A stretch of 51,659 bases of DNA from Candidatus Thorarchaeota archaeon (GTDB lineage Archaea; Asgardarchaeota; Thorarchaeia; Thorarchaeales; Thorarchaeaceae): positions 1-51,659 of the forward strand of contig RDNZ01000015.1 in assembly GCA_011364905.1 (NCBI GenBank). Direction: 5' to 3'. Below are positions 30,415 through 40,944 of the stretch, piece after piece. Numbering within the stretch: position 1 is the stretch's first letter; each line of letters opens with the position of its first letter. Below the pieces are notes generated by a model, which was not told where the DNA came from, made no database searches, and saw nothing but the letters and a program-made list of their open reading frames with translations. Position numbers and translations under genes: made by a program.

Positions 30415-31185
30415 CTAGCCACCCTTGCCAAGATAGATCCCATTAGGATCAAGCTTGTGCATAATTTCGATTTGTTCTTGTGTCGGCTCGTTCGTGTTGG
30501 GAACATCATCAGGCACCAACAAATCAAACATTATATTGTCTAGTACGTCTTGGACTGTATATCCTGGATGGACAGACTTCAACCGTATCTTCAATGTTTC
30601 AGGGTCGAAGTCCATTTGACACATATCCGTGATGACAATATCCGGACCACCACCGACCATGGACCATTTCTTGCGAGATCCTGGACCTTCCAGATGACCC
30701 GGGGAAGTCATGTAGTCTAGCTTTTTCACAAACTTGCGTTTATCATGTGACATCATCACGATGAGCCGTTTGGCTGATGATGCAATATCGTTCCCTCCAC
30801 CACTACCGGGGAGTTTGACTTTTGGTTTATCATAGGGACCAATGTAGCTAGTATTCAGGTTTCCATACTCATCAATTTGGGCAGCTCCAAGAAATCCAAC
30901 GTCAATCCGACCACCCTGAAGAAGAAATCCCAAGGTTTCAATAAGACCAATTGAGGCGGAACACCCATAATAATATCGGCTGTCTGCTACCGAAAGAGGG
31001 ACCTCACGGGGTCGAGCGTCAATAAAGCCAGCCTCAGAGATCAGGTTTGAACGAGGAGCATGAGTTTCTTTTGCCAGGAGGGCGGCCAGTAATGGCATCC
31101 CCGTTCCCCCAAAAACATTCTCACCATCGCGTACGTGGCTTGATGCACAAGCAATCAGAAATTCGGTCTTACTGTATTCCACCAC
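30415..31185 (-). CDS. Family I CoA-transferase beta subunit (glutaconate CoA-transferase GctB-like)
   Basis: Catalytic-position Glu in ISEAG, FLGAAQIDEYGNLN, LPGSGGGND; start placed at the GTG next to the upstream stop. Confidence 0.88.
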   Translation of the reverse strand: MVEYSKTEFLIACASSHVRDGENVFGGTGMPLLAALLAKETHAPRSNLISEAGFIDARPREVPLSVADSRYYYGCSASIGLIETLGFLLQGGRIDVGFLGAAQIDEYGNLNTSYIGPYDKPKVKLPGSGGGNDIASSAKRLIVMMSHDKRKFVKKLDYMTSPGHLEGPGSRKKWSMVGGGPDIVITDMCQMDFDPETLKIRLKSVHPGYTVQDVLDNIMFDLLVPDDVPNTNEPTQEQIEIMHKLDPNGIYLGKGG

Positions 31186-31187
31186 TC

Positions 31188-32102
31188 TCAATACCCCCAT
31201 GGTTTCTTGGCTTTTAGTTGATGCAAACGAGGCCAACCGACCAAGTCGAGATAGCCATAATGGTCTTCCACTCCAAGAATGTAGCCCTTAAGGTACTCCT
31301 GCCATCCTTCTTCAGTTCCTGTCAGTTTGTGGAACATCATGAGGTGTTCAAGGTCATAGTCATAATAGTCGTGACACATCATTGGATGAGCGGCAAAGGG
31401 TAAAACTACGACATGATCAACATACATTGCAGGAATCTTCGTCTGATCTGGTCGAGACCTTACCTCCTCCTCGTCTACGAGCTCCTCAGCGAGAACAATG
31501 AGTTTCTTCCCACATCGAGACCCCTCGATATCTTCACCAACAATGCCATCAATCTGTGCGTTGCCAGTTTTGTCCACTCGCTGTACATGCACGATGCTGA
31601 AGTCAGGTTGCAGGGATGGAACGACAGTCAGTTTCTGCCCTGTGAAGGGACAGTCAATGACCTTCAGTTTGTCTTCGCCTCGATAACGAGAGAGTCGAAC
31701 CATATCAGTCCCCATCATGCTACGAAGGGGCATAAATGGAACATTGAGTGCCCCACCGAGAAACCGCATCGCCATAGCAAGATTGGTGTAGTCCTCAACT
31801 TCCAGAGCTCCTTCAGAAACGCGTCTTCTGATGTTGTTTGAGAGACCCAGAGCCTCTATTGCTGAGAATGCGATCTCAAATCTGCTCGCCACACCTGCGC
31901 CGGCCATAATCTCAAGGTCGACCTCAGATCCGCAGGTATAGATGGTCAGGTTTCGTTTTTTCTGTCTGACAAGCTCATGCGAAAAAGCGATGGGAGGTCG
32001 TTGAAATCCGAAACCTCCCCAAAAAAGGCAGTCTCCGTCAGATACTTTCTTTGCAGCTTCCTCCAGTGTGATGCGCTTATCTTCCACTTCAGCCTCGGCC
32101 AA
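31188..32102 (-). CDS. Family I CoA-transferase alpha subunit (GctA-like)
   Basis: GGFG..RPPIA, GALNVPFMP, GTD, CPFTG, HVQRVDKTGNA. Confidence 0.88.
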   Translation of the reverse strand: MAEAEVEDKRITLEEAAKKVSDGDCLFWGGFGFQRPPIAFSHELVRQKKRNLTIYTCGSEVDLEIMAGAGVASRFEIAFSAIEALGLSNNIRRRVSEGALEVEDYTNLAMAMRFLGGALNVPFMPLRSMMGTDMVRLSRYRGEDKLKVIDCPFTGQKLTVVPSLQPDFSIVHVQRVDKTGNAQIDGIVGEDIEGSRCGKKLIVLAEELVDEEEVRSRPDQTKIPAMYVDHVVVLPFAAHPMMCHDYYDYDLEHLMMFHKLTGTEEGWQEYLKGYILGVEDHYGYLDLVGWPRLHQLKAKKPWGY

Positions 32103-32191
32103 ATCTACTCACCTGACATAGAATATTCAGTGTATTCAGGCGGGTCAGAAACAATATGCCTTTTATCTTTGACCATGTAGAGAAGCACGTT

Positions 32192-32518
32192 TCAACCAAA
32201 GAGGGCGAGCAAGAGCGCCATGACAACGGGTATGATGAACACGATAGTACAGCAACACAGGCCACCGACGAGAAGAGCGTGTGAAGATGAAACATCAGGT
32301 GCTTCGTCCGAATCCCCATCCATCACATGAGGACCAAGAATCCCCTTAGACACTTTAATTTCAGGGTCATCATCCAGCGGAAAGGACCCTATTTCAGGCA
32401 TGAATTCATATTGTTTACCGCAGGCAGGACACCTGATTTTGACAAAGCCCTCAATTGAAGATGAAACTGCATCAGTCAGTCTATGTTCACAAAACGGACA
32501 TTCTGGAAATTCAGACAT
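32192..32518 (-). CDS. Zn-ribbon protein with Cys-rich C-terminal TM anchor
   Basis: CPFC...CPAC; tail GGLCCCTIVFIIPVVMALLLALFG; start MSEF has GGAG/GAGG upstream. Confidence 0.75.
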   Translation of the reverse strand: MSEFPECPFCEHRLTDAVSSSIEGFVKIRCPACGKQYEFMPEIGSFPLDDDPEIKVSKGILGPHVMDGDSDEAPDVSSSHALLVGGLCCCTIVFIIPVVMALLLALFG

Positions 32519-32540
32519 GTTGAACCTCACTCCTCCGTGG

Positions 32541-32900
32541 CTAGAACCATAGGAAGCCAATTCCGAGAACTATCGTCAATATGAACATAAGTAGAGGGAG
32601 GAAACAGCATATACACGAAATTATACAGCATGCAGTGCCGCAATTTCCCTGCTGGGGGGTTTCTGTGCCCCATGAGGTTTCCGGTCCGGAACTGCCTTGG
32701 CCATATCCGGGCATAGAACCTTCATACCTGACGGATCCTCGCTGGTCTTCATCCGGGAGCGAAAATGCACCAAATCCCGGTAAGTACTCAAAGATGCCTC
32801 CACAGTTTCTGCAACGAAGTCGAACTTTGCTATCATAGTCCAATACTCGATCGGTTTGAACCTTCGCTCCACAATATGGACAGTCAAGTGACTCAGGCAT
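32541..32900 (-). CDS. Zn-ribbon protein with Cys-rich C-terminal TM anchor (paralog)
   Basis: CPYC...CRNC; G/S/P linker; CGTACCIISCICCFLPLLMFILTIVLGIGFLWF. Confidence 0.75.
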   Translation of the reverse strand: MPESLDCPYCGAKVQTDRVLDYDSKVRLRCRNCGGIFEYLPGFGAFSLPDEDQRGSVRYEGSMPGYGQGSSGPETSWGTETPQQGNCGTACCIISCICCFLPLLMFILTIVLGIGFLWF

Positions 32901-33017
32901 TTCAATATCTCCAGTCAGTTGTCGCTTAATTCTTCGAATCCACGAGAGGTTTTAAACTTCGTTAGTCATATGAACTCTTACCTAGCACTAAAAAGGAGGA
33001 TTGTTGCAGCCAAAGCT

Positions 33018-33644
33018 ATGTCAACCAATGAGAAGTGTCCGACACGGAAGATTCCGGGTATTCTTGGTATTCTTGGTCCCATAATCGCACTGGCAGCCAT
33101 TACTATCGCGATTCTACTATCACTTTCTTGGTTTAGCTGGGATGGCAACGCATTAAGTGACCTGGGCAACTATGACAATGGGTTGCTTGCAGCCATCATA
33201 TTCAATATCGGGCTCATTACTAGTGGAGTACTGTTGGTGGTTTTCCTAGTCTGCTTCACAAGGGCAATCAAAGACCTGCCAACAAAAATCGGGCTGATCC
33301 CCTTCTTCATCGCACTGCTCTTTCTCATTGGAATAGGGCTATTCTCAGAGAACGCTGGGCAAATCCATTTCTACGTGTCAGTAGGATTCTTTGGAAGTTT
33401 CCCCTTTGCTATGTGGATTGTGGGCGTAGGTTTTCTGAGATTCCGTAAATTCTGGTGGTTCTCACTCATATCAATTCTATTGCCATTTTTCTCGATATAC
33501 ATGTGGACATCATATTATGGCGGAGTCTTTCCCTTCTGGTCCGGCAATGCAATACCAGAGATCACTACAGCATTCACAGGTATTGGATGGCTCTGGATCC
33601 TCTGGCTTCTTCATGACAGAAACGAACTCTCAGTGATTACCTAG
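33018..33644 (+). CDS. DUF998-like multi-pass membrane protein
   Basis: WFSWDGNALSDLG, FNIGLI, IGIGLFSE..IHFYVS, AIPE. Confidence 0.75.
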   Translation: MSTNEKCPTRKIPGILGILGPIIALAAITIAILLSLSWFSWDGNALSDLGNYDNGLLAAIIFNIGLITSGVLLVVFLVCFTRAIKDLPTKIGLIPFFIALLFLIGIGLFSENAGQIHFYVSVGFFGSFPFAMWIVGVGFLRFRKFWWFSLISILLPFFSIYMWTSYYGGVFPFWSGNAIPEITTAFTGIGWLWILWLLHDRNELSVIT

Positions 33645-33803
33645 TGACACAAGACAATGAGAAGAATACGGCGACACAATGACCGTTCGTAGGAACTAAA
33701 CTCGTGACTTTGAACAGATTTTAGTAGGAACCATATGAAGTCCGCCATCGTCGAAACAAATGAGTTATGTGAGTATCTTGATAATCACCTAGTGGTGATA
33801 TGA

Positions 33804-34472
33804 TTGGGATTGAAGATTAGATGGCTAGGTCACTCCGGTTTCCAGATTAAGACGGGAGAAAAGGTTCTGTATCTTGACCTCTATCGACCAAAGCAATTGA
33901 GACAGCGGGTCCCGGATGAATTAGAACCTGCAACAATTGTGCTTGTAAGCCATGGACACTATGACCATTGTTTCCCGGAGGCTATTGATGAGGTGCGAAA
34001 TGATAGTACTGTTGTAATAGCTCCAAGGGATTGTGGAGAGAAGCTCAAATATGCTTTTGAATCATTAAAGCCCGGAGAAGAGTCGACCTACGAAGACATC
34101 AGAATTAGAGCAGTTCACGCATACAACGTGAAGCGTTTCCGGTCTCCAGGAAATCCGTTTCATCCCAAGGGATACGGCGTAGGTTATCTCATCAGTGCAG
34201 AGGGAAAGACCATCTACTTTGCTGGAGATACGGATATAATTCCTGAGATGAACGAGCTGGGTCAAGTGGATGTCGCGCTTCTTCCGTGCGGTGACACGTA
34301 CACCATGGATAATCGAGATGCAGCTGAAGCAACCAAGGTAATCCATCCCAAGGTTGTAATCCCAATGCATACTTGGGACAAAAGCACTAATGAATTCAAA
34401 GAAGGCATCTCTGGTACCGACACGAAGTTTGTGGCATTGAAAGAAGGAGAAGAATACGTAGTCAGCGACTAA
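33804..34472 (+). CDS. Metallo-beta-lactamase-fold hydrolase (UlaG/UPF0173-like)
   Basis: WLGHSGF, SHGHYDH, IYFAGDT, IPMH. Confidence 0.9.
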   Translation: MGLKIRWLGHSGFQIKTGEKVLYLDLYRPKQLRQRVPDELEPATIVLVSHGHYDHCFPEAIDEVRNDSTVVIAPRDCGEKLKYAFESLKPGEESTYEDIRIRAVHAYNVKRFRSPGNPFHPKGYGVGYLISAEGKTIYFAGDTDIIPEMNELGQVDVALLPCGDTYTMDNRDAAEATKVIHPKVVIPMHTWDKSTNEFKEGISGTDTKFVALKEGEEYVVSD

Positions 34473-34573
34473 TAGCTTGGAATCTCTGCATCCAATATCT
34501 CCAAGGATACTAGAATCAAAGATACATTATCCATTTACAGTTTTGTACCCTCAGGCCGATTGATGCCGAATGG

Positions 34574-35341
34574 TTGATATTCATTAAAACAATCATGAGC
34601 ATGGCTCAGAGGGTGCTTAAAATCGGAGCTGCTTTAGAAAGCATTGTTATGCTTCTCCAGATTGGATTCATCATCACACTCGCAGTAATGATATTCGCGG
34701 TATGGAGAGGGATTCTTTCTGGTAACTTCAAGAGAAGCCTTATTCGAAGAAGACCACTGCTTCTACCCTCTCTCGTCTTTACAATCACTATCACCGCGGC
34801 TATGATATATGTTCCCTACCCAATGTCGACCTATCATGGAACCAATCAGCTTCTGGGCACTACCCCCTTTACCGGAACCTACAGAGTGTATGAACCGGGT
34901 ATCTATGACGCAGCTGTACAAATCCGTATCTCAACAAGTTTAGATCCTAATGAGCGTTTAGAGCTAGAAGCCGACTTCCTGCAAAACAGTATTGTTGTGG
35001 GTTCTCTTGTCGTGAACCTGGTTGATAGCGACATAGATGCATATGGGAGTGCTACACGAAACATACTCCTGCCTCCCGGAGTGTATCATATAACAATCAA
35101 TGGCACCTACTTCCTTGACGATGTTCCCCAAGAGAATCACTATATCAGCTTCTTAATCCATCAACCAGTCTCGTCCATCAATATCCCCGAATTGACTGAC
35201 TGGAGCACCTTTAGGTTCTTTCTTGAAGTTGGTTGCTTCATCCTTTTGATTGCAGGAATCTGTATCGGAGGGGATAGAGCCAGAGGACAGCAAAAAGGAG
35301 CCAACCAGGGAAATGTGAATCCTGGATGGAGTATTGACTGA
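34574..35341 (+). CDS. Hypothetical membrane protein with extracellular beta-sandwich
   Basis: Two N-terminal TMs, LPPGVYHITI beta motif, C-terminal TM. Confidence 0.65.
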   Translation: MIFIKTIMSMAQRVLKIGAALESIVMLLQIGFIITLAVMIFAVWRGILSGNFKRSLIRRRPLLLPSLVFTITITAAMIYVPYPMSTYHGTNQLLGTTPFTGTYRVYEPGIYDAAVQIRISTSLDPNERLELEADFLQNSIVVGSLVVNLVDSDIDAYGSATRNILLPPGVYHITINGTYFLDDVPQENHYISFLIHQPVSSINIPELTDWSTFRFFLEVGCFILLIAGICIGGDRARGQQKGANQGNVNPGWSID

Positions 35342-35431
35342 AGCGAAGAGCTGTTTCGACGCGAATCGGAATTCCTAATAGTCTAAAAGCTCTATCATTG
35401 CTAGAATTCGTGGGAATATTGAGGGGTTGAA

Positions 35432-37531
35432 ATGGGAAAGCTCGACATTCTTGTGATGCTGTTGTTATTGGTGTCATTAGTCATAGTGGATTTTGATGAT
35501 GTAGGTGCAAGTTTTCAAATTGCACAGGGAAATCCTCAGGGAACGGGAGAGCTTCTACCCGATCCAAATCTAATGACAATACCAAACGTAGAGATTGGTG
35601 CGTATTCGCCTGAGTTTAGTTATCAGTACCAAGTGGGAGAGAGCAATGGAAACCTAGACCTCAAATGGTCACATACAGCAGGCTATCAATTGGGTTACGA
35701 CTATGGATATCCATATGTTCAGAGCAATGAGTTCGCCCGTTTCTGGCAAGTCTTTAACTGGCCATACAATCAGACACCAGTCACCCTGAAGATTCAAACA
35801 ACTGTTGAGATATCCTGCACAGGGGACTTTGCGTCCCAAGAGAATGGACAGAATATGTATTCAGTCAATGTCTGGATCCGAAAACCAGAGCTCGGTAGTG
35901 CATATCTCCTAAAGGTCTTCGATGATATTGAGAGTGGCCAGAGCTATGACCTCGAGTTCCAGACTCAAACCTTTGAGGCAAAAAGCATCTTTTATGGCTC
36001 TATAATGTACGACTCCGTTCAAGCATATCCCAGCGATGACTATGAACTGGCTGTGGGCTTGGCGCCAACAAGTTCATTCATCTACCCATACAGCAATCCA
36101 GCTCCATGGGAGGTGGTTGAAGGAACTGTGACTGTAACAGTGAGTCACTTTTCATGCAACGCACTCCTACAGGTTGATAAAATCACTCCGGTATTGAAAG
36201 CCCCTAAGTATAACACCACGACGATGTGGAACGATACGGCAATGTGTTTTGCACTCGAGTCTATCGGGCAGAATTCCTTAGCATATGTGAGCCAAAACAT
36301 GAGTGTCTATCCATATTCGCTTTATCTTGGAAAACTGGCCTCACAACATACTCCCATTATAGATGAAAAAGCACTACCATACGAACTCGTGATGTACGAA
36401 GCACGATCTTTCAAAGTAGCGGGAAATAAAATGTACTTACTTGGAACGGACCAGCTGGATTACAGAATCAGACTAATCACTTTCGATTCGTCAGGAAATG
36501 AGATTTGGAACAGCTCATTCTCCCTGTTCGATCAGGATGTGCCTTTGCTTCTTGATGTATCAGCCTCCGGATACATCTACATAGTTTCGTTATCAGCAAG
36601 ACAAGTGGCCGATATATACCCTTACGACTTGGTGTTTAGTCTTCTATGCGTGAATCAAGGGGGAACTGCCTTATGGAACCAGACCCTGAAGGTGATGAGT
36701 TATGAGGAGTATTTGGCCGCAGCGTTAGACTTGCAACTTCCAAGAGGAGTTGGGTGTTCTAGCGATGATGTCTATGTTAGTATGATGGATTCAATCATGA
36801 AGTTTGACTCTAGCGGAAATCTAAGGTGGGCCAAAACAGTGGACCATGAAGCATTCTGCGTTGATCCTGCAGGAGGAGTCTATACCTGTACGAAACTATT
36901 TGATGATGACCTTAGATTGTGTAAGTGGAATTCCGCAGGTGTGGTCGTCTGGAACAAGTCTTTGGGTCTCAATTACGGATTAGGGTGGCGAGATAATCCC
37001 TATATTGCGGCATTGGATGTTGGTCCGAGCGGGCAACTCATCGCCGTCCTTGCATATTCGCAAATACATCCAGCCAGTTTAATTACAAGGATTTCCCCGG
37101 CAGGACAAATAGTCTCCCAAGACACAATCTCAGAGCAAGAACAGGAATATCCATTTTTCCCCTACGACCCATACTATTTCTACTACTATGGTGTATCCTA
37201 CTATTCTATGATTCCATACATCTGTGACATGGCGCTCACACAAGACGGATTAGTGCATCTTGCAGTTTCGACTAACACCTATGGAGCTTATCCCTACAGC
37301 CTATTGACATCACTTCCGGCAGACACGCTTCTTACCTATGAGCTGTCAGGTCCGATTGTGATAACATTTAGTCCGGAGTCATTGATAATTACAGGTGCAG
37401 CGACCCTCATCTTTGGTGGAATCGCATGGGACCATTTCATCAGAGGTCGAACAAGACCGGAGGAAATACTACCGGAGCAAGAGAGGGTTGACCCATGGAA
37501 ACTTTTGATGGGAGAGGCCGATGATGATTAG
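35432..37531 (+). CDS. Large single-pass surface protein with probable beta-propeller (copy 1)
   Basis: Signal peptide; repeats FDSSGNEIW, FDSSGNLRW, WNSAGVVVW; C-terminal TM and cytoplasmic tail. Confidence 0.75.
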   Translation: MGKLDILVMLLLLVSLVIVDFDDVGASFQIAQGNPQGTGELLPDPNLMTIPNVEIGAYSPEFSYQYQVGESNGNLDLKWSHTAGYQLGYDYGYPYVQSNEFARFWQVFNWPYNQTPVTLKIQTTVEISCTGDFASQENGQNMYSVNVWIRKPELGSAYLLKVFDDIESGQSYDLEFQTQTFEAKSIFYGSIMYDSVQAYPSDDYELAVGLAPTSSFIYPYSNPAPWEVVEGTVTVTVSHFSCNALLQVDKITPVLKAPKYNTTTMWNDTAMCFALESIGQNSLAYVSQNMSVYPYSLYLGKLASQHTPIIDEKALPYELVMYEARSFKVAGNKMYLLGTDQLDYRIRLITFDSSGNEIWNSSFSLFDQDVPLLLDVSASGYIYIVSLSARQVADIYPYDLVFSLLCVNQGGTALWNQTLKVMSYEEYLAAALDLQLPRGVGCSSDDVYVSMMDSIMKFDSSGNLRWAKTVDHEAFCVDPAGGVYTCTKLFDDDLRLCKWNSAGVVVWNKSLGLNYGLGWRDNPYIAALDVGPSGQLIAVLAYSQIHPASLITRISPAGQIVSQDTISEQEQEYPFFPYDPYYFYYYGVSYYSMIPYICDMALTQDGLVHLAVSTNTYGAYPYSLLTSLPADTLLTYELSGPIVITFSPESLIITGAATLIFGGIAWDHFIRGRTRPEEILPEQERVDPWKLLMGEADDD

Positions 37532-37551
37532 AATGTGAGTTGACTGACAAT

Positions 37552-38409
37552 CTAGCTCCTGACTCGTTTTCTAGCCAGAAGTTCAGCCTCAACCCTCTGA
37601 AATCCTTCAGCATAGAAGTGATCAAGAATATCTTCATGTCTATCCTGAACCCAGAAGATTGCGTTCTTAGTCGTAACTTCATTGAGGGCGGCATCAACAA
37701 CCTCAACACCATATCCATCTCGGTAGCTGAAAGAGATAACAGTGGAGTCCTGTTGCTCTTGGTCATACTCAAGTCGGACAAATCCAACAACCATGTGGCT
37801 AGACTTCTCTCTCATCACATAACAATTACCACCGCGAATGGAGTATTCAAGCATTTTGTGATCTCGGTGGCCCCAATAGGTATCAGGATTGAGATGAAGA
37901 AGAGTCGGTATGTCATCGAGCCTCGCAATATTGACCTCAAGGTCCAGTTCCTTGAGAGTGGAGGTTGCTTCTCCATCGAGGCGGAGGACAAGAGATTGGA
38001 TTCCGTATCCAAGTCGTTCTACAAATGAAATTGCACGGGCATTCCGAATCTTCACACCAATCACAAAGTGTGTGAGGTTGGGATTCCGTTTTAGTAATGC
38101 CTGCTCTGATTCCTGCAGCAGGGTCGTGCCTATACCTTTGTTTCGCCAGTCCTTGTCGACAACAAGCTCCCAAATCGCACCCCAACCAAGACTGTCAAGA
38201 ACAGCATTTATTGCAACACCCACAATCTTGTCCTTCACGACAGCTACCCTCCAAAGGCTTGGGAGGTCGCCTTGAACCTTACTTCTATTCCACCAACGTG
38301 AAAAGGCATCGAAAGTAAGTGTATCTACATTTGGTATGCCAGTTCCGTATACCTCATAGAACGAGGATCTTTCTTCCAATGTTGGTGGACGGACTATAGT
38401 TTCTGTCAT
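37552..38409 (-). CDS. GNAT N-acetyltransferase (tandem domain)
   Basis: VDKDWRNKGIG, NARAISFVERLGY. Confidence 0.85.
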   Translation of the reverse strand: MTETIVRPPTLEERSSFYEVYGTGIPNVDTLTFDAFSRWWNRSKVQGDLPSLWRVAVVKDKIVGVAINAVLDSLGWGAIWELVVDKDWRNKGIGTTLLQESEQALLKRNPNLTHFVIGVKIRNARAISFVERLGYGIQSLVLRLDGEATSTLKELDLEVNIARLDDIPTLLHLNPDTYWGHRDHKMLEYSIRGGNCYVMREKSSHMVVGFVRLEYDQEQQDSTVISFSYRDGYGVEVVDAALNEVTTKNAIFWVQDRHEDILDHFYAEGFQRVEAELLARKRVRS

Positions 38410-38637
38410 GCATCTGCGCCTCAGGCAAAACTGGAGACTCGGTTCTCATCAAGTTATTACTGTGAAAACAAAATCTCAGAGCTGGCTGATTCTATTTTCA
38501 TACCCAGATAAGTATAGTTGCGTGAACCAAATCGTCAATAGAAGGCCAGAAAGTGAATCTCTGACACCGAGAGTACTCAACCAATGGCAATTATTAATGC
38601 ACCAAAGACCCCGAGAAGAACACTTGGAGATAGGAGC

Positions 38638-39600
38638 TTAGTGATGTAAAATTCTGGGAATCGCCTGTTTGGCAAACTTCTCACTCATCTCTATTTCATA
38701 GCCATAAGAGAATTGTATTTGAAAATGTGTGAATCCCATATTGACCAGATGCTCATATTGTGCTGTCACCTCATCAATTGATCCCGCCCAAGCTCCGGGT
38801 AGAGATGCTTGTTTCTCCAGATACTGTTTCACTGTGAGTCCCTGTTCAAATGCTCGCCTCTTGTTGAAACCTAGAATCTCATCTTCATCATCAGTGATGC
38901 AGCAATACCCGAGGAAGGTCTTGGTGATGTCATCATAGTCCCGACCTAGATCAGCACAGTGCTGCTTCAGTGCATTCAATAAATGCTCAAGTCTGTTTGG
39001 TCCCCAAGGAGAAAAATTACACATATCTCCATATTTTGCCACCAACCGAAGTGTCCTTTTTTCTCCATGTCCACCTATGAGAATTGGAGGATGTGGTGTC
39101 TGCAAAGGTTTTGGCGCAAACACTGCGTCAGCCAGCCTGTAGAATTCTCCCTCGAAGGTTGCCTGGTCTTTGGTCCACAACGCTAGGATGACTTGCAGAG
39201 CTTCCTCGAGTCGGTCCATTCGTTCCTTAGGTGAGGGAAATCTATACCCATAGGCCTGATATTCTACTTTTTTCCAACCAGCTCCAATACCGAAAATTAG
39301 TCGTCCATTGGAAATCATGTCTAATGTTGCAGCTATCTTTGCTAGAAGTGCCGGGTGACGGTAAGAGTTGCAGGTAACTAGAACGCCAATCTGCATTGTG
39401 GAAGTCTTCGTTGCAAGTGCAGTAAGTAAGGTCCATGCCTCAAGGCTATTCGTGGAAACTGAGTCTTTATTCTTGAAAAAATGATCACATGTCCATACTG
39501 AGTCAAATCCTAGTTTTTCAGCAGATAATGTGATTTCTTCGATTGTTCTATAATCAAAACCAAATAGAGGTTCAAAGTGGACTCCAAATTTTATACTCAT
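38638..39600 (-). CDS. LLM-class (probably F420-dependent) oxidoreductase
   Basis: GFDSVWTCDHF, EAWTLLTALA, YRHPALLAK, SNGRLIFGIGAGW, PPILIGG; start moved to MSIKFG. Confidence 0.92.
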   Translation of the reverse strand: MSIKFGVHFEPLFGFDYRTIEEITLSAEKLGFDSVWTCDHFFKNKDSVSTNSLEAWTLLTALATKTSTMQIGVLVTCNSYRHPALLAKIAATLDMISNGRLIFGIGAGWKKVEYQAYGYRFPSPKERMDRLEEALQVILALWTKDQATFEGEFYRLADAVFAPKPLQTPHPPILIGGHGEKRTLRLVAKYGDMCNFSPWGPNRLEHLLNALKQHCADLGRDYDDITKTFLGYCCITDDEDEILGFNKRRAFEQGLTVKQYLEKQASLPGAWAGSIDEVTAQYEHLVNMGFTHFQIQFSYGYEIEMSEKFAKQAIPRILHH

Positions 39601-39744
39601 ACTAAGACCCTGACAAAACTGTAATACGCGATTGAAAAATGCTCTCCTCTTGCTCATAGGTAATAGAGTAGGAATAACTAATACAAGGATAGACGCTCTG
39701 GTAGAATCAATACAACTAGAACACCATGTTGCAGGGGATAAAGC

Positions 39745-40944
39745 ATGATGACTGAAGCACATCGAACGCAGCCTTCTACGTATCGATGGGTTATCCTTAC
39801 CCTTGTTTGGCTTGTCTATTTCGCGTTTGGATTGGTACTTTCGTCTATACCACCTCTTGTGAATGTAATAGCTGCGGACCTATCGTTGACATACTCAGAG
39901 ATGGGAGTTGTTCTTGGGAGTGTTATTCTCATGTACGTGCCGCTTTCCATTCCTGTGGGTATAAGCATTGATCGATTTGGTCAAAAAAGGATGATCACAG
40001 TCGGACTCTTACTTATCTCTGCATCAGCCTTGCTCCGTTCATTGGTCTTTGATTTTCAATCGCTTCTATTCATCGTACTTCTTTTTGGCTTTGGAGGACC
40101 TACCGTTTCAGTTGGCTTGGCAAAGGTAGTTGCTTCAGCATTTGAGGGTAGGGAACGGGGTTTAGCTTCTGGATTGTACATGACGGGCGCGGCTGTGGGA
40201 TCAGCATCAGCGTTAGCATTGACCAATTCTTTTGTCCTGCCCTTTGTTGGCACGTGGCGAAACGTGTTTTCTTTCTATGGAATCATAGGATTCCTCATTG
40301 CGCTGGGCTGGATTCTTTTTGCAAAGGAACAACCAGTCGATCCAACTAGCAGACCAAATGAAACACCGTTGGTGAGTACGCTTCAGTCATTGCTCAGTAA
40401 TAGAAATGTCTGGTTAGTTGCAATCATTGGATCAGCAGCATTTCTTGTGTTCTATGGCTTTGGGAACTGGTTACCCACTCTATTAGAGGAGAAAGGGATG
40501 GATCCGGTTGCCGCTGGACTGTGGGCATCGCTCCCAGTCTGGCTTGGTCTTCTGGGGAGTGCGGTTATACCAGGGATTGCATCGGCCGGTTCTCGTAAGC
40601 CCATAATTGTCAGTCTCTTATTGGTCGAGGGGGCTTGTGTCTATTTGTCTAGTCTTGCCAACGGGATTCCACTACTAGTAGCATTAGCCCTCTATGGCAT
40701 TGTCAGCGGCGCACACCTGCCACTTTTGCTAGTGGTCATGATGGACTTGCCTGCAGTGGGGGCAAAATACACCGGCATAGCCAGTGGCCTGTTTTTCTCG
40801 ATTGGAGAGATCATGGGATTCGGTGGGCCCATTCTTGTGGGAGTTATCAGAGAGCTGACTAGCAGCTTTGTTCCAGCCCTGTTTCTTCTAGGTCTTATTG
40901 TTGAGTTTATGATAGTTCTAGCAGTGGTTCTAAAAGAGGAATAG
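39745..40944 (+). CDS. MFS transporter (CynX/OFA-like)
   Basis: About 12 TMs; IDRFGQKR; ERGLASG; NWLPTLL. Confidence 0.9.
   Translation: MMTEAHRTQPSTYRWVILTLVWLVYFAFGLVLSSIPPLVNVIAADLSLTYSEMGVVLGSVILMYVPLSIPVGISIDRFGQKRMITVGLLLISASALLRSLVFDFQSLLFIVLLFGFGGPTVSVGLAKVVASAFEGRERGLASGLYMTGAAVGSASALALTNSFVLPFVGTWRNVFSFYGIIGFLIALGWILFAKEQPVDPTSRPNETPLVSTLQSLLSNRNVWLVAIIGSAAFLVFYGFGNWLPTLLEEKGMDPVAAGLWASLPVWLGLLGSAVIPGIASAGSRKPIIVSLLLVEGACVYLSSLANGIPLLVALALYGIVSGAHLPLLLVVMMDLPAVGAKYTGIASGLFFSIGEIMGFGGPILVGVIRELTSSFVPALFLLGLIVEFMIVLAVVLKEE

Noticed and set aside
37540-38028. 162-aa plus-strand ORF, and similar antisense ORFs at 8845-9348, 25069-25593 and 20277-20669
   Set aside because: Overlap well-supported genes on the opposite strand
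39601-39762. N-terminal extension of the LLM ORF overlapping the MFS start
   Set aside because: Family homology begins at MSIKFG (39600); the extension is divergent promoter DNA
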